Assembly: GCA_965242695.1 (NCBI GenBank)
Contig: CBDESU010000001.1
Location: 1,728,001-1,792,000 of the forward strand
Origin: Cenarchaeum sp.
GTDB lineage: Archaea > Thermoproteota > Nitrososphaeria > Nitrososphaerales > Nitrosopumilaceae
Length of the DNA: 64,000 bases
Direction: 5' to 3'
In this document: positions 18,257-27,583 of the stretch, piece by piece
Position numbering within the stretch: position 1 is the first letter of the stretch
How the letters are laid out: every line of letters begins with the position of its first letter
The notes under the pieces: model-generated
The model's database searches: none
What the model saw: only the letters and a program-made list of their open reading frames with translations
Told to the model about the DNA's origin: nothing
Made by a program: the position numbers and the translations under genes

Positions 18257-19321
18257 CTACGGGTTGATCACGGCCCTGCCGTTGAGCCGCCGCGCCCGCA
18301 GGTCCTCGAGCGCCCCGTTGGCCTCGTCGAGCGAGTACCGCCGGTCTATGCGGGGCCGGATCGACCCCCTGGCCGCAAGCCCGATCAGGTCTACCATGTC
18401 GGCGTACGTGCCGGTGTACGCGCCGCGTATGCTGATCGACTTTAGCGGGACGGTCACGAGCGGGAGCTCGATGCGGCCGCCGAACAGGCCGACGAGGACC
18501 AGGGTGCCCCTCTTGCGCAGCGAGGCCAGGCCGGCGGCTGCCGTGTTCGGCGCGTTGACAAAGTCGATCACCCCGCCGGCGCCGCCGCTGCCGCCGCACA
18601 CTTCGGCGATCCTCTCGGCCAGGCGGGCCGGCTCGTAGCCGCGCGAGTTTATCGTGTGGTCGGCGCCCATGGACGCGGCAGTCTCCAGCTTTGCATCGTC
18701 GAGGTCGACGCATACGACCCTGGCCTGCGTCGTCGCCTTTGCTATCTGCACGCCCATGAGGCCGAGCCCCCCGGTGCCGAACATGACGATGTGCTCGGGA
18801 TCGGACTCGGCCGCCTTTTTGACCGCCGTGTACGACGTAAGGGCCGCGCACGCGAGGGACGTCGCCTCGTCGGGATCCACGCCCTGCGTCTTTGCCAGGT
18901 AGCGGTGGCTCGGCACCTTTACGAACTCGGCGTACCCGCCGTCGCGGAACAGCCCGACCGAGCCGGGCGTGTCGCAGACGTTCTCGCTGCCCGACCGGCA
19001 CACGGGGCACGAGCCGCAGCCGAGCCACGGGTACACCAGCACCTCGTCGCCCCTTGAAAAGCCCCCTGCGAGGGGGCCGGCCTCGTGGACGGTCCCGGCG
19101 ATCTCGTGGCCTGGCGTGACGGGGTACCTTACGCCGCGGTCCGTGACGCGCAGGAACGTGCCGTCGCCCATGTCGTAGCCGCCCTCCCAGAGGTGCAGGT
19201 CGCTGTGGCAGACGCCGGCGGACCGAACGCGCACGACGACCTCTTCGCCCTCGGGCACGGGAACGTCGACGTCGGAGACGACAAGCGGCGCCTTTGGCTC
19301 GACGATTCGGGCGGCCTTCAC
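18257..19321 (-). CDS. Zinc-dependent alcohol dehydrogenase (MDR family)
   Basis: GVCHSDLH, PGHEIAG, CGSCPVC...C, GTGGLG. Confidence 0.95.
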   Translation of the reverse strand: MKAARIVEPKAPLVVSDVDVPVPEGEEVVVRVRSAGVCHSDLHLWEGGYDMGDGTFLRVTDRGVRYPVTPGHEIAGTVHEAGPLAGGFSRGDEVLVYPWLGCGSCPVCRSGSENVCDTPGSVGLFRDGGYAEFVKVPSHRYLAKTQGVDPDEATSLACAALTSYTAVKKAAESDPEHIVMFGTGGLGLMGVQIAKATTQARVVCVDLDDAKLETAASMGADHTINSRGYEPARLAERIAEVCGGSGGAGGVIDFVNAPNTAAAGLASLRKRGTLVLVGLFGGRIELPLVTVPLKSISIRGAYTGTYADMVDLIGLAARGSIRPRIDRRYSLDEANGALEDLRARRLNGRAVINP

Positions 19322-19434
19322 GGCGCGGCGCGCACGCAGGCGATAATATATGTCGTCCACGGGGGCGGGCGCCCGCCAGCGGCGGGGCGGCCGGCGCCGC
19401 CGATGCCCCGGCCGGCCCGGCGGCACGCAGCCGG

Positions 19435-20177
19435 TCAGCAAAAGTTCTGGACTGCGTAAAAGCCGCCGTCCCCGATCGCGACGCCGACGCCGAGGCGGTC
19501 GTACCTGCCGTCAAGGATGTTCTGGCGGTGGCCGGGGCTGTCCATCCACGAGTCGACTGCGCCGGCGGCCACCGGGACAGTGTACGCCGCATGCCCGCTC
19601 ATGTAGATGTTCTCGGCCACGCCCGTCCAGACGACCGCCCCGACCCGCTTTTCGCATGCGTATCCGGCGGCGGCGGCCCGGTCCGTGGGGTCTAGCCCTT
19701 CCGGCGAGTCGTGCATAAAGTAGCCGCGCTCGGCCATGTCCTCCGCATGCCCGCGCGCGATGCCGTCAAGCCGCGCATCGCGCGCCAGTGGCGGGAGGCC
19801 CGCGGCCGCCCTCGCCTCGTTGGTAGCGTTATGGATTGCAGACGATGCGGCCCCGTCGTCTATTCGCGGCTCCAGCGGCGGAAGGACGCCCCCGGCAAGC
19901 TCGCGCGCATCCCCGGCCCCTCGAGGGCGGCTCCGGCCGCGCCGGCAGCCCCGTCGGCGAGCGGACCGGCAAGGGACTCGGCCTGCCGGAGCGCATCCTG
20001 CGCCGCCTGGGGCTGGACGGCCGCCGCAAGGGCTGCGGCTGCGACCAAGGCGGAAGCGCAGGTGGCCACCACGAGGGCGGCGCGGCGGCGGGGGCCGTTC
20101 CGTCGGCGGCCGCTACGCCGGCGGCGTCGATCGCGCCGGCCGCGGCCCACCTCTGCGCCGCACTCGGTGCACACCAT
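19435..20177 (-). pseudogene. Membrane-anchored CAP/SCP-domain protein, frameshifted in a G run at ~19917-19920
   Basis: N-terminal CTECG plus TM helix in one frame; IHNATNEARAAAGLPPL...HAEDMAERGYFMH...AENI...WMDSPGHRQNIL in another. Confidence 0.75.
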
Positions 20178-20351
20178 AATGCCGGATGTAGTCCTGACAA
20201 GGCTGTGCCTGCACCCCACGCCGCGGGCATCCGGCTGGGGCCTTTTAACGATCGGGGAGCGACGCGCAGGTGGAGGTGCGATCGGCCCGGTTGCGCGCAG
20301 GGATCGGCGGCGCGAAACCGATTTATCGGCGGGCTGCGCCGTGCGGGCGGC

Positions 20352-21299
20352 ATGGAGGCAGAGGGCGGGGCGGCCGGGGCGGAGGCAGAGGCTGCCGCCG
20401 GGGGCGCAGGCCAGGCCGCGGGCGGCGCGTCCGTCAAGTCGGACATCTCGCACGCCCCCGTCAACGTCCTGTTCAACATGTCGTCGATCGCAAAGAGGGA
20501 CGTGTGGGACATCGACCTGATCAAGATACTCGAGCTGCTCACGTCGATCCTCGAGAGGTCCGGCAAGAAGGACCTCAGGGTTGCCGGAATGGCCGCCCTG
20601 TCGTCGTCGCTCATCTACCGGATGAAGGTCGACAGGATATTCGCCCTGCACAGGGAGGCCATGGAGAAGAGGCCGGTCGTCGACAGGCGCGACGTCGACA
20701 TCACCATGCTAGACATCCCGTACCGCCACGAGCCGACGAGGCCCGTGTCCCTCGACGAGCTGCTCGGCATACTCGAGAGCCTGATAAGCACCATCGCCAA
20801 CCCCAAGAGCAGGCGGGGGCGCCTCGTCGTCGAGGCCGACCCCGAGCCAAAGTTCGAGGACGCCTTCATAGCGATCGAGAACTTTATCGGCAAGTACGAG
20901 GCGCTCATACTCTCAAAGCTCGGGGCCGGCTACGGAGGCAGCGGACTCCTCGGCGACATGACGGCCGGCCTTGACGACTTGGACGCCGTGCGGTGCTTTC
21001 TGGCAGTCCTTTTCCTGGCGCGAGACCAGAGGGTCGACCTGGCGCAGGAGGGAGAGGACATCAGGGTCACCCTCATGGCAGGGGCCGCCGCGGAGTCGAA
21101 AAGTCCGCCGGCCGGATCCGCAGAGGTCGTGCCGGAGGGGGCAGGGGCCGGGGCGGCAGGGGCCGGGGCGGCAGGGGCCGGGGCGGCGGCCGAAGCGGCC
21201 GCCGCGGAGGCGGCAGGGGCCGGGGCGGCGGCCGAAGCGGCCGCCGCGGAGGCGGCAGGGGCCGGGGCCGGCGCTCCGGAGGCGGGCATTCCGCAATGA
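20352..21299 (+). CDS. scpA: Segregation and condensation protein A (kleisin) with low-complexity repeat tail
   Basis: DVWDIDL, AGMAALSSSLIYRMKV, VSLDELL, CFLAVLFLA; adjacent to scpB. Confidence 0.85.
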   Translation: MEAEGGAAGAEAEAAAGGAGQAAGGASVKSDISHAPVNVLFNMSSIAKRDVWDIDLIKILELLTSILERSGKKDLRVAGMAALSSSLIYRMKVDRIFALHREAMEKRPVVDRRDVDITMLDIPYRHEPTRPVSLDELLGILESLISTIANPKSRRGRLVVEADPEPKFEDAFIAIENFIGKYEALILSKLGAGYGGSGLLGDMTAGLDDLDAVRCFLAVLFLARDQRVDLAQEGEDIRVTLMAGAAAESKSPPAGSAEVVPEGAGAGAAGAGAAGAGAAAEAAAAEAAGAGAAAEAAAAEAAGAGAGAPEAGIPQ

Positions 21300-21841
21300 A
21301 TGCCAAAGCCGTCAGCGACTCGGAGGCGACGGCCAGGATAGAGGCGGCGCTCTACTCGGCCGGCAGGCCGCTCACGATCAAGGAGATCATGCACGCTTCA
21401 GGGACGGGATCGCGCACAAGGACGGGGCACCTGCTCGATGCGATAATGAAGAAGGCGAGGAGCGCCTTCAAGGCCATCGAGATAACGGCGCTCCCCGACG
21501 GATCGTTCGTGCTGCAGCTCAAGCCGCAGTACAGCGGCATCATCAGGCGGTACGCGTCAAAGCCCATACTGCCAAAGGCCACCCTCAAGACCCTCTCGTA
21601 CATAGCCTACAAGCAGCCCGTGTCGTCAAAGGACCTGGTCGAGACGAGGGGGTCTGGCGTGTACGCCCACCTGCGCGACCTGCGGCAGCTCGACTACATC
21701 ACGCACCAGAACGTCGGCCGGCTGAAGATATACTCGACGACCGACAGCTTTCAAAAGTACTTTGGGATAAAGGGCGACCAGGACACGCTCAGGGAGATGC
21801 TGTTCGCAAAGGTCAAGAAGACGGCGCAGCAGGGAGGCTGA
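21296..21841 (+). CDS. scpB: Segregation and condensation protein B
   Basis: RIEAALYSAGRPL, LKTLSYIAYKQPV, YSTTDSFQKYFGI. Confidence 0.93.
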   Translation: MNAKAVSDSEATARIEAALYSAGRPLTIKEIMHASGTGSRTRTGHLLDAIMKKARSAFKAIEITALPDGSFVLQLKPQYSGIIRRYASKPILPKATLKTLSYIAYKQPVSSKDLVETRGSGVYAHLRDLRQLDYITHQNVGRLKIYSTTDSFQKYFGIKGDQDTLREMLFAKVKKTAQQGG

Positions 21842-22070
21842 GGATGCGGCCGAGGCGGCGCGGCGGCGCCCACGGACAGGCGCCCGCCTCGCCCCCGATC
21901 GCCCCTAGCGGCGGCGGGAGGCGGAGGCGCCGCGTCCCCGCCCCTCGCCGGCCCCGCCCCTCGCCGGCCCCGCCCCTCGCCGGCCCCGCATGCGGCAGGC
22001 GCGCGGCGGCCGCGGGCCGCGGATGCGGGGCGGCGGCAAGCGTTAAATTGCCCCCCTTTGGGCGCCGGCC

Positions 22071-22448
22071 GTGCGAAAGTCGGTAGAGAACCTTGCGACG
22101 AGCAAGCTGACGGGCGGCCGGCGCCATCCGCTGCGCATACGCCGCAAGTACGAGATCGACAGGTACCCCAACGAGGCCCTGGCCGGCGCGCAGGAGACCG
22201 TGACGCGCAAGGTGCGCGGCCGGCGCGCAAAGACGGCCCTAAAGACGGTCGACTTTGTGAACCTGGCAGGCGCCGGCGAAAAGGTCGTAAAGTCGAAGAT
22301 ACTAAAGGTCCTAGAGAACCCCACGAACAACGACTACCAGAGGCGCGGCGTCATCACAAAGGGCGCCGTCCTAGAGACGAAGGAGGGCAGGTGCAGGGTG
22401 ATCTCGCGGCCCGGCCAGACCGGCACGGCAAGCGCCGTCCTGCTGTAG
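22071..22448 (+). CDS. rps8e: 30S ribosomal protein S8e
   Basis: KLTGGRR, RRGVITKGAV, SRPGQTG. Confidence 0.96.
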   Translation: MRKSVENLATSKLTGGRRHPLRIRRKYEIDRYPNEALAGAQETVTRKVRGRRAKTALKTVDFVNLAGAGEKVVKSKILKVLENPTNNDYQRRGVITKGAVLETKEGRCRVISRPGQTGTASAVLL

Positions 22449-22457
22449 CGTGGTACA

Positions 22458-22775
22458 ATGAAGGACTACGACCATGTCGTGGTCTGGCTAGACTACTTCA
22501 ACAAGAACCTGTCGCGCACAAAGGGCCGCCGCATGCCGCGCGACAGGTGCGTCTTCGACCCCACCCTCAAGGAGCTCGCCGATGCGGCGGCGGCGGCCGG
22601 CCTCTCGGTGGCCGAGCAGTCCGAGGGGGCGCGCTTTCCGAGGAGGGCGTACGTGAGGTCTGGGTACGTCGTCCTGCCCAAGGACGGCCCAAAGTCGGCC
22701 CACATGCGCCGCATCTCGGACGCGCTGACGGCGCGGCGCGCCAGGCGCTCGAAGGGCAAGGGCAGAAAAAGCTGA
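22458..22775 (+). CDS. srp19: Signal recognition particle 19 kDa protein
   Basis: VVWLDYFNKNLSRTKGRRMP...PTLKEL...FPRR. Confidence 0.93.
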   Translation: MKDYDHVVVWLDYFNKNLSRTKGRRMPRDRCVFDPTLKELADAAAAAGLSVAEQSEGARFPRRAYVRSGYVVLPKDGPKSAHMRRISDALTARRARRSKGKGRKS

Positions 22776-22834
22776 GCGCTGGGTCTACAAAAGCTGACCG
22801 AAGCGTTTGTTAACAGGCGGCGCGGCGCCCATGC

Positions 22835-23194
22835 GTGCAGGAGGCAGGTACGATCGTGCATGTTGCCGGAAGCGGCAGGGCCATCGTGAGGCTCTCGCGC
22901 GCCGTCGACGAGGGCCGCGTGCTGTGCGATCGGCGCAGCTCGGCCGTGGCAAGGGTCGTCGAGCTGATCGGTCCCGTCTCGGCCCCGTTCGCATCGGCCG
23001 CGCCCATGAGCAACAGCATCGCAAAGTACGTCGGCCGCAGGGTTTACGAGTCAGAGGGGGCGGGGCGGCGCGGGCCCGAGGAGGATGATCGGCGGCAGCG
23101 GGCGGGGCGGCGCGGGCCCGAGGAGGATGATCGGCGGCAGCGGGCGGGGCGGCGGCCCTCCGGCGCGCGGGCAGGCGGGAGGCGGCGCAGGTGA
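22835..23194 (+). CDS. gar1: H/ACA RNP subunit Gar1
   Basis: VVELIGPVSAPFA motif; position between srp19 and tfb. Confidence 0.8.
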   Translation: MQEAGTIVHVAGSGRAIVRLSRAVDEGRVLCDRRSSAVARVVELIGPVSAPFASAAPMSNSIAKYVGRRVYESEGAGRRGPEEDDRRQRAGRRGPEEDDRRQRAGRRPSGARAGGRRRR

Positions 23195-24348
23195 CGGCGC
23201 CGACGCCGGCTACGGCCGTGCTGACGGGGTACCAGTGCCGCGCATGCAGGGCGAGCCTCGTGAGCGACCACATCCGCGAGGAGCTAGTCTGCCCAAAGTG
23301 CGGGATAGTCGCATCCGAGCAGCACGGAAGCCGAGAGATGGAGCGCGGCAGGCCCCCGCGCAGCGCCGGCGACGTGCGCCCGGGGCAGAGGGCGTCCGGC
23401 AAGACGACGCTGCTGCGCCACGACATGGGAATAGCCACGGACATTGCGCCCGTCGAGAGCGACTGCAACGGCAACAAGATCTCGCACGAGACGTCTGCCC
23501 ACATGCGCAGCATGCGCAAGCTGCAGAAGCGCATGCGGGCGTCTACGCCCAAGGACAGGAGGCTCGCGGAGATGCTGCGCACGATCGAGAACATGTGCGA
23601 GGCCGCCTCCCTCGTCGACAGCGTCCGCGAGACGGCCGCCATGACGTACAGGGCGGCGGCCAGGAAGATCGACGTCAAGGGAAGGTCAACCATCGGCATG
23701 GCGGCCGCATCGATACACATCGCGTGCAAGAAGCACGGCATTGTAAAGGGCCTCGCCGAGCTGTGCGCCGGCGTGTGCGCATCCGACGAAGAGGCGGCCA
23801 GGAAGTCGAAGCTTGCCACGCGCTGCTACCGCGACATGGTGATCGAGGCGAACGGGATGCAGGGGGAGCAGGCGCCGTTCGTTCCAATCTCAAAGTACAT
23901 ATCAAAGACGGCCAACATGGCATGCGTCGATGCGCGCATCGAGAGGCTCGCGCTGCGGCTGGCCGAGGCGGCGCCCGGCGGGCCGGCGCTCAGCGGAAAG
24001 ACCCCCCAGGGCGTGGCCGCGGCGTACCTGTACATCGCGTCGACCCTTCTCGCATGCCCAATGGCGCAGCACGACATATCGGCCGCCGCCGGCATCGGCG
24101 ACGTGACGATACGCACCAGATGCCGCGACATACTAGCGCAGCACCGGATCAGGATCACTGCAAGGCCTGCGCGGCAGGGCGGCGGCGCGGCCGCGCGCGG
24201 GACGGCGCCCGGGGGCGCGGCGGCTGAGAGCGGCGGGCCCGGGGGCGGCGCGGCCGGCCCGGGGGCGGCGGACGAGTTGGACGAGGCCGAGGAGTCGGCG
24301 GCAACAGGCCCCGGCGCGACAAGGCAGTCGCGGCTGTTCGGCTTTTAG
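23191..24348 (+). CDS. tfb: Transcription initiation factor IIB (divergent)
   Basis: Zn ribbon CRAC...CPKCG; cyclin repeats KGRS...AAASIHIAC and GKTPQGVAAAYLYIA. Confidence 0.85.
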   Translation: MTAPTPATAVLTGYQCRACRASLVSDHIREELVCPKCGIVASEQHGSREMERGRPPRSAGDVRPGQRASGKTTLLRHDMGIATDIAPVESDCNGNKISHETSAHMRSMRKLQKRMRASTPKDRRLAEMLRTIENMCEAASLVDSVRETAAMTYRAAARKIDVKGRSTIGMAAASIHIACKKHGIVKGLAELCAGVCASDEEAARKSKLATRCYRDMVIEANGMQGEQAPFVPISKYISKTANMACVDARIERLALRLAEAAPGGPALSGKTPQGVAAAYLYIASTLLACPMAQHDISAAAGIGDVTIRTRCRDILAQHRIRITARPARQGGGAAARGTAPGGAAAESGGPGGGAAGPGAADELDEAEESAATGPGATRQSRLFGF

Positions 24349-24426
24349 GCAAAGGGGCGCCGGAGCGGCCCTTAGGAACAGCTAAAATCCGCCGGCATTA
24401 TATACAGCGGCTCGGCGGCCCCCCTC

Positions 24427-25233
24427 ATGTCAGTCCTCGAGATCAGGGATCTGCGCGTCTCGCGCGACGGCAAGGAGATACTGAGGGGCGTAAACCTCAG
24501 GACCGGCCCCGGCGAGGTGCATGCAATCATGGGGCCCAACGGGTCTGGCAAGAGCACCCTTGCGTACACCCTGCTTGCGCACCCAAAGTACGAGGTCACG
24601 GGGGGCGACATCGTGCTCGACGGCGAGAGCATCCTGGGGCTGACGGCCGACGAGAGGGCCCGCAGGGGGCTCTTCCTCGGGTTCCAGTACCCGACAGAGG
24701 TCTCGGGGGTCGGCTTTTCGCACTTTTTGCGCACGTCGTACAACTCGCTGAGCAAGGCCCTGCAGGGGCAGGACAGGGAGGTGTTCATCACGGTGCGCGA
24801 GTTCCAAAAGTACCTAAAGGACAACCTCCGCCAGGTCGGCCTCAGGGACGAGTTCCTCTCGCGCTACCTCAACGAGGGGTTCTCGGGCGGCGAGAAGAAG
24901 CGCTCCGAGGTGCTGCAGATGGCCGTCCTCAAGCCGCGCATATCGATCCTGGACGAGCCCGACTCGGGCCTGGACGTCGACTCGGTGCAGGCCGTCGCCA
25001 AGGCGATCAGCGAGGTCTCGGGCAAGGACTCTACGACGATCGTCATTACCCACTATGCAAGGATACTAAAGTTCCTCAACAAGCTCGACCAGGTGCACGT
25101 CTTTGCGGGGGGCCGCATACTCAAGAGCGGCGGGCCGGCCCTTGCCGACGAGCTCGACGAAAAGGGGTACGAATGGGTGCTCGGCGGCCAGCAGGCGCAG
25201 GCCCAGCCGCAGCCGCAGCCGGCGGCGGCATGA
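24427..25233 (+). CDS. sufC: Fe-S cluster assembly ATPase
   Basis: GPNGSGKST, GFQYPTEVSGV, NEGFSGGEKKR, LDEPDSGLDVD. Confidence 0.96.
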   Translation: MSVLEIRDLRVSRDGKEILRGVNLRTGPGEVHAIMGPNGSGKSTLAYTLLAHPKYEVTGGDIVLDGESILGLTADERARRGLFLGFQYPTEVSGVGFSHFLRTSYNSLSKALQGQDREVFITVREFQKYLKDNLRQVGLRDEFLSRYLNEGFSGGEKKRSEVLQMAVLKPRISILDEPDSGLDVDSVQAVAKAISEVSGKDSTTIVITHYARILKFLNKLDQVHVFAGGRILKSGGPALADELDEKGYEWVLGGQQAQAQPQPQPAAA

Positions 25234-25290
25234 CGGGCCGCGGCGCCCCATTCGACGGCGATTAAATAGAGCCGCTCGGCCGGCGGCGGC

Positions 25291-25995
25291 ATGGACGGCC
25301 AGCCCGAGGGAGACGCCGCCGAGGCGGACCGGCAGTACTTTTTCTGCCACATGTTCTTCAAGGTAGACCCGAAGTGGAGGTGGATGGCGGACCTGGCCAA
25401 GGAGGAGTCCGCCAAGGAGGTCGCCGGCGTCCTGGCCGCGTCCGGCGTGCGCCTCAGGACCTACTCCACGCTCGGCCTGCGCGACGATGCGGACTTTCTG
25501 CTGTGGTTTGCGGCCGAGTCGGTCGACGAGATACAGGGCGCCGCGGCCAGGCTGTACAAGACGGTGTTCGGCAAGTACATATCGCCGTCGCGCACGTACC
25601 TGTCGAGGACAAGGCCGTCGCTGTACGCCAGGGGCGGCGCGCCCGCGCCGCCGTCGTTCGCCGCCGGCAACGCCCCCAAGCGGTACGCCGTCGTGTACCC
25701 GTTTACAAAGTCGCGCGAGTGGTACCTCCTGTCGGCCGAGCAGCGGCGCGTCATGATGGACGAGCACATAGCGGTCGGGCAAAAGTACCCCGGCGTCGTC
25801 CTCAACACGGCGTACTCGTTCGGCGTGCACGACGAGGACTTTGTGCTCTCGTTCGAGTGCGACGGCCTCGCCGAGTTCCAGGACCTGATCATGGAGCTGC
25901 GCGAGACGGCCGTGTCCAGGTACGTGGACGTCGACACGCCGATGATCGTGTGCGTGAGCAAGGATATAATCCCCCTCGTTTTGAGCCTCGGCTAG
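25291..25995 (+). CDS. Chlorite dismutase/coproheme decarboxylase-like heme protein
   Basis: YSTLGLRDDADFLLW, YPFTKSREWYLL...MMDEH, YSFGVHDEDF. Confidence 0.88.
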   Translation: MDGQPEGDAAEADRQYFFCHMFFKVDPKWRWMADLAKEESAKEVAGVLAASGVRLRTYSTLGLRDDADFLLWFAAESVDEIQGAAARLYKTVFGKYISPSRTYLSRTRPSLYARGGAPAPPSFAAGNAPKRYAVVYPFTKSREWYLLSAEQRRVMMDEHIAVGQKYPGVVLNTAYSFGVHDEDFVLSFECDGLAEFQDLIMELRETAVSRYVDVDTPMIVCVSKDIIPLVLSLG

Positions 25996-26576
25996 TGAGG
26001 GCGCTCAAGGAGTGGGCGGCGGTCGTCGAGGCGATGCTCGACGGCGCCCAGACGGTCATACTGCGCAAGGGAGGCATACTCGACGTGCCGTCCGGCTTTG
26101 CCATAGCGGCCGGCGACGAGTTCGCCCTGTACCCGACGTACGAGCACCAGGAGGCATCCCACGTCAAGGACTCGGCCAGGCGGTACCTGGAGAGGGCGCT
26201 GGCGGCCCGCGCCGGCGGGGCAGGGGCCGGGGCGGCCACCGAGGTCGCCGCGTACGCCAGGGTAGAGGCAGAGGCGGACGTCTCGTCGGATGCCGCGTTC
26301 GAGGCCCTCTCGCCGATGCACGTGTGGAGCGACTCGTACGTTGCGGCCCGCAGGGGATGGCAGCCCGACCGCCCCGTAAGGGCCGCGCACCTGCGCGTGT
26401 ACAGGCTGCGGGGCGCCCTTGCGGTGCCGGACAGGCCCGAGTACGGCGGGTGCAGGTCCTGGATCGACATCGGAGGCGGCGGCGGCGGCGGCGGCGGGGC
26501 GTCCGATCCCGTCCTGGGCGCTGAGGAGGCGGCCGCGCGCCTAGGCCGGTTCAGGGAGGCGGTGGCGGCGGCATGA
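25995..26576 (+). CDS. DUF1802 family protein
   Basis: ALKEWAAVVEAM..GAQTVILRKGGI, YPTYEHQ, YGGCRSWI. Confidence 0.88.
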   Translation: MRALKEWAAVVEAMLDGAQTVILRKGGILDVPSGFAIAAGDEFALYPTYEHQEASHVKDSARRYLERALAARAGGAGAGAATEVAAYARVEAEADVSSDAAFEALSPMHVWSDSYVAARRGWQPDRPVRAAHLRVYRLRGALAVPDRPEYGGCRSWIDIGGGGGGGGGASDPVLGAEEAAARLGRFREAVAAA

Positions 26577-27580
26577 AGTACCGCGAGCTTGGGCGCGGCA
26601 CCGGGGTGAGGGTCTCGGAGATCGGGTTCAGCGGGTGGACGATAGCCCTCAACTGGTGGGGCAGGGAGATCGACGAGGACGAGGCGCTGCGCATGCTCAG
26701 GCGGGCGTACGACAGGGGGATCAACTTCTTCGAGACGGGCGACATGTACGGCGCCGGCAAGAGCGAGAGGCTGATCGGGAGGGCGTTCAGGGGGATGCGC
26801 GACGAGGTCGTCATATCGACAAAGTTCGGGTACGTCTTCGAGGGGGCCGAGCAGATCGGCCACAGCGAGCTGCCGCAGAGGTTCGACGGGGAGTTTGCAA
26901 GGGCGGCCCTCAGGGCGAGCCTCGGGCGGCTCGGGACGGACCGCGTCGACGTGTACGGCCTGCACAACCCAAAGATGCACCACGTGCGCGACGACGCGGT
27001 GTTCGCGGAGCTCGCATCGATGATGCGCGGCGGGCAGGTGCGCGCCTGCCAGGCCGCGCTCGGGCCGGCCATTGGATGGGAGCAGGAGGGGCTAGAGGCC
27101 ATGGAGCGCCCCGAGGTGTCCGCCGTCCAGACCGTGTACAACATACTAGAGCAGACGCCCGGCAACGCCCTGCTCGAGGGGGCCGCCGAGAGGGGGGTCG
27201 GCGTGCTCGCCAGGGTGCCCGACGCGTCCGGGATACTGACGGGCAAGGTCGGCGCGGACACGAAGATCGACGAAAAGGACCACCGCTCGGTCAGGAAGGG
27301 CGAGTGGATAAGGTCGGCGCTTGCAAAGGTCGAGCAGCTCCGGCCCATAGCCGACAGGGGGGGCCTCTCGATTTCGGAGCTTGCCGTAAAGTTCATCCTC
27401 TCGAGGCCCGGCATGTCGTCGGTGATACCGACCGTGGTGTCGACCGGCGAGATCGACTCGTTCGCGGCAATGTCCGACGGCGGGTACCTCTCGAGGCGCG
27501 ACATGGACGAGATCGCCGCGCTGTACGCCGGATGGCCGCCGTACGAGCTGAAGGGCACGGCCGCCTCCGCGGCCGCATAG
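26573..27580 (+). CDS. Aldo/keto reductase
   Basis: VSEIGF, GINFFETGDMYGAGKSE, STKFG, SLGRLGTDRVD. Confidence 0.93.
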   Translation: MKYRELGRGTGVRVSEIGFSGWTIALNWWGREIDEDEALRMLRRAYDRGINFFETGDMYGAGKSERLIGRAFRGMRDEVVISTKFGYVFEGAEQIGHSELPQRFDGEFARAALRASLGRLGTDRVDVYGLHNPKMHHVRDDAVFAELASMMRGGQVRACQAALGPAIGWEQEGLEAMERPEVSAVQTVYNILEQTPGNALLEGAAERGVGVLARVPDASGILTGKVGADTKIDEKDHRSVRKGEWIRSALAKVEQLRPIADRGGLSISELAVKFILSRPGMSSVIPTVVSTGEIDSFAAMSDGGYLSRRDMDEIAALYAGWPPYELKGTAASAAA

Positions 27581-27583
27581 GGG

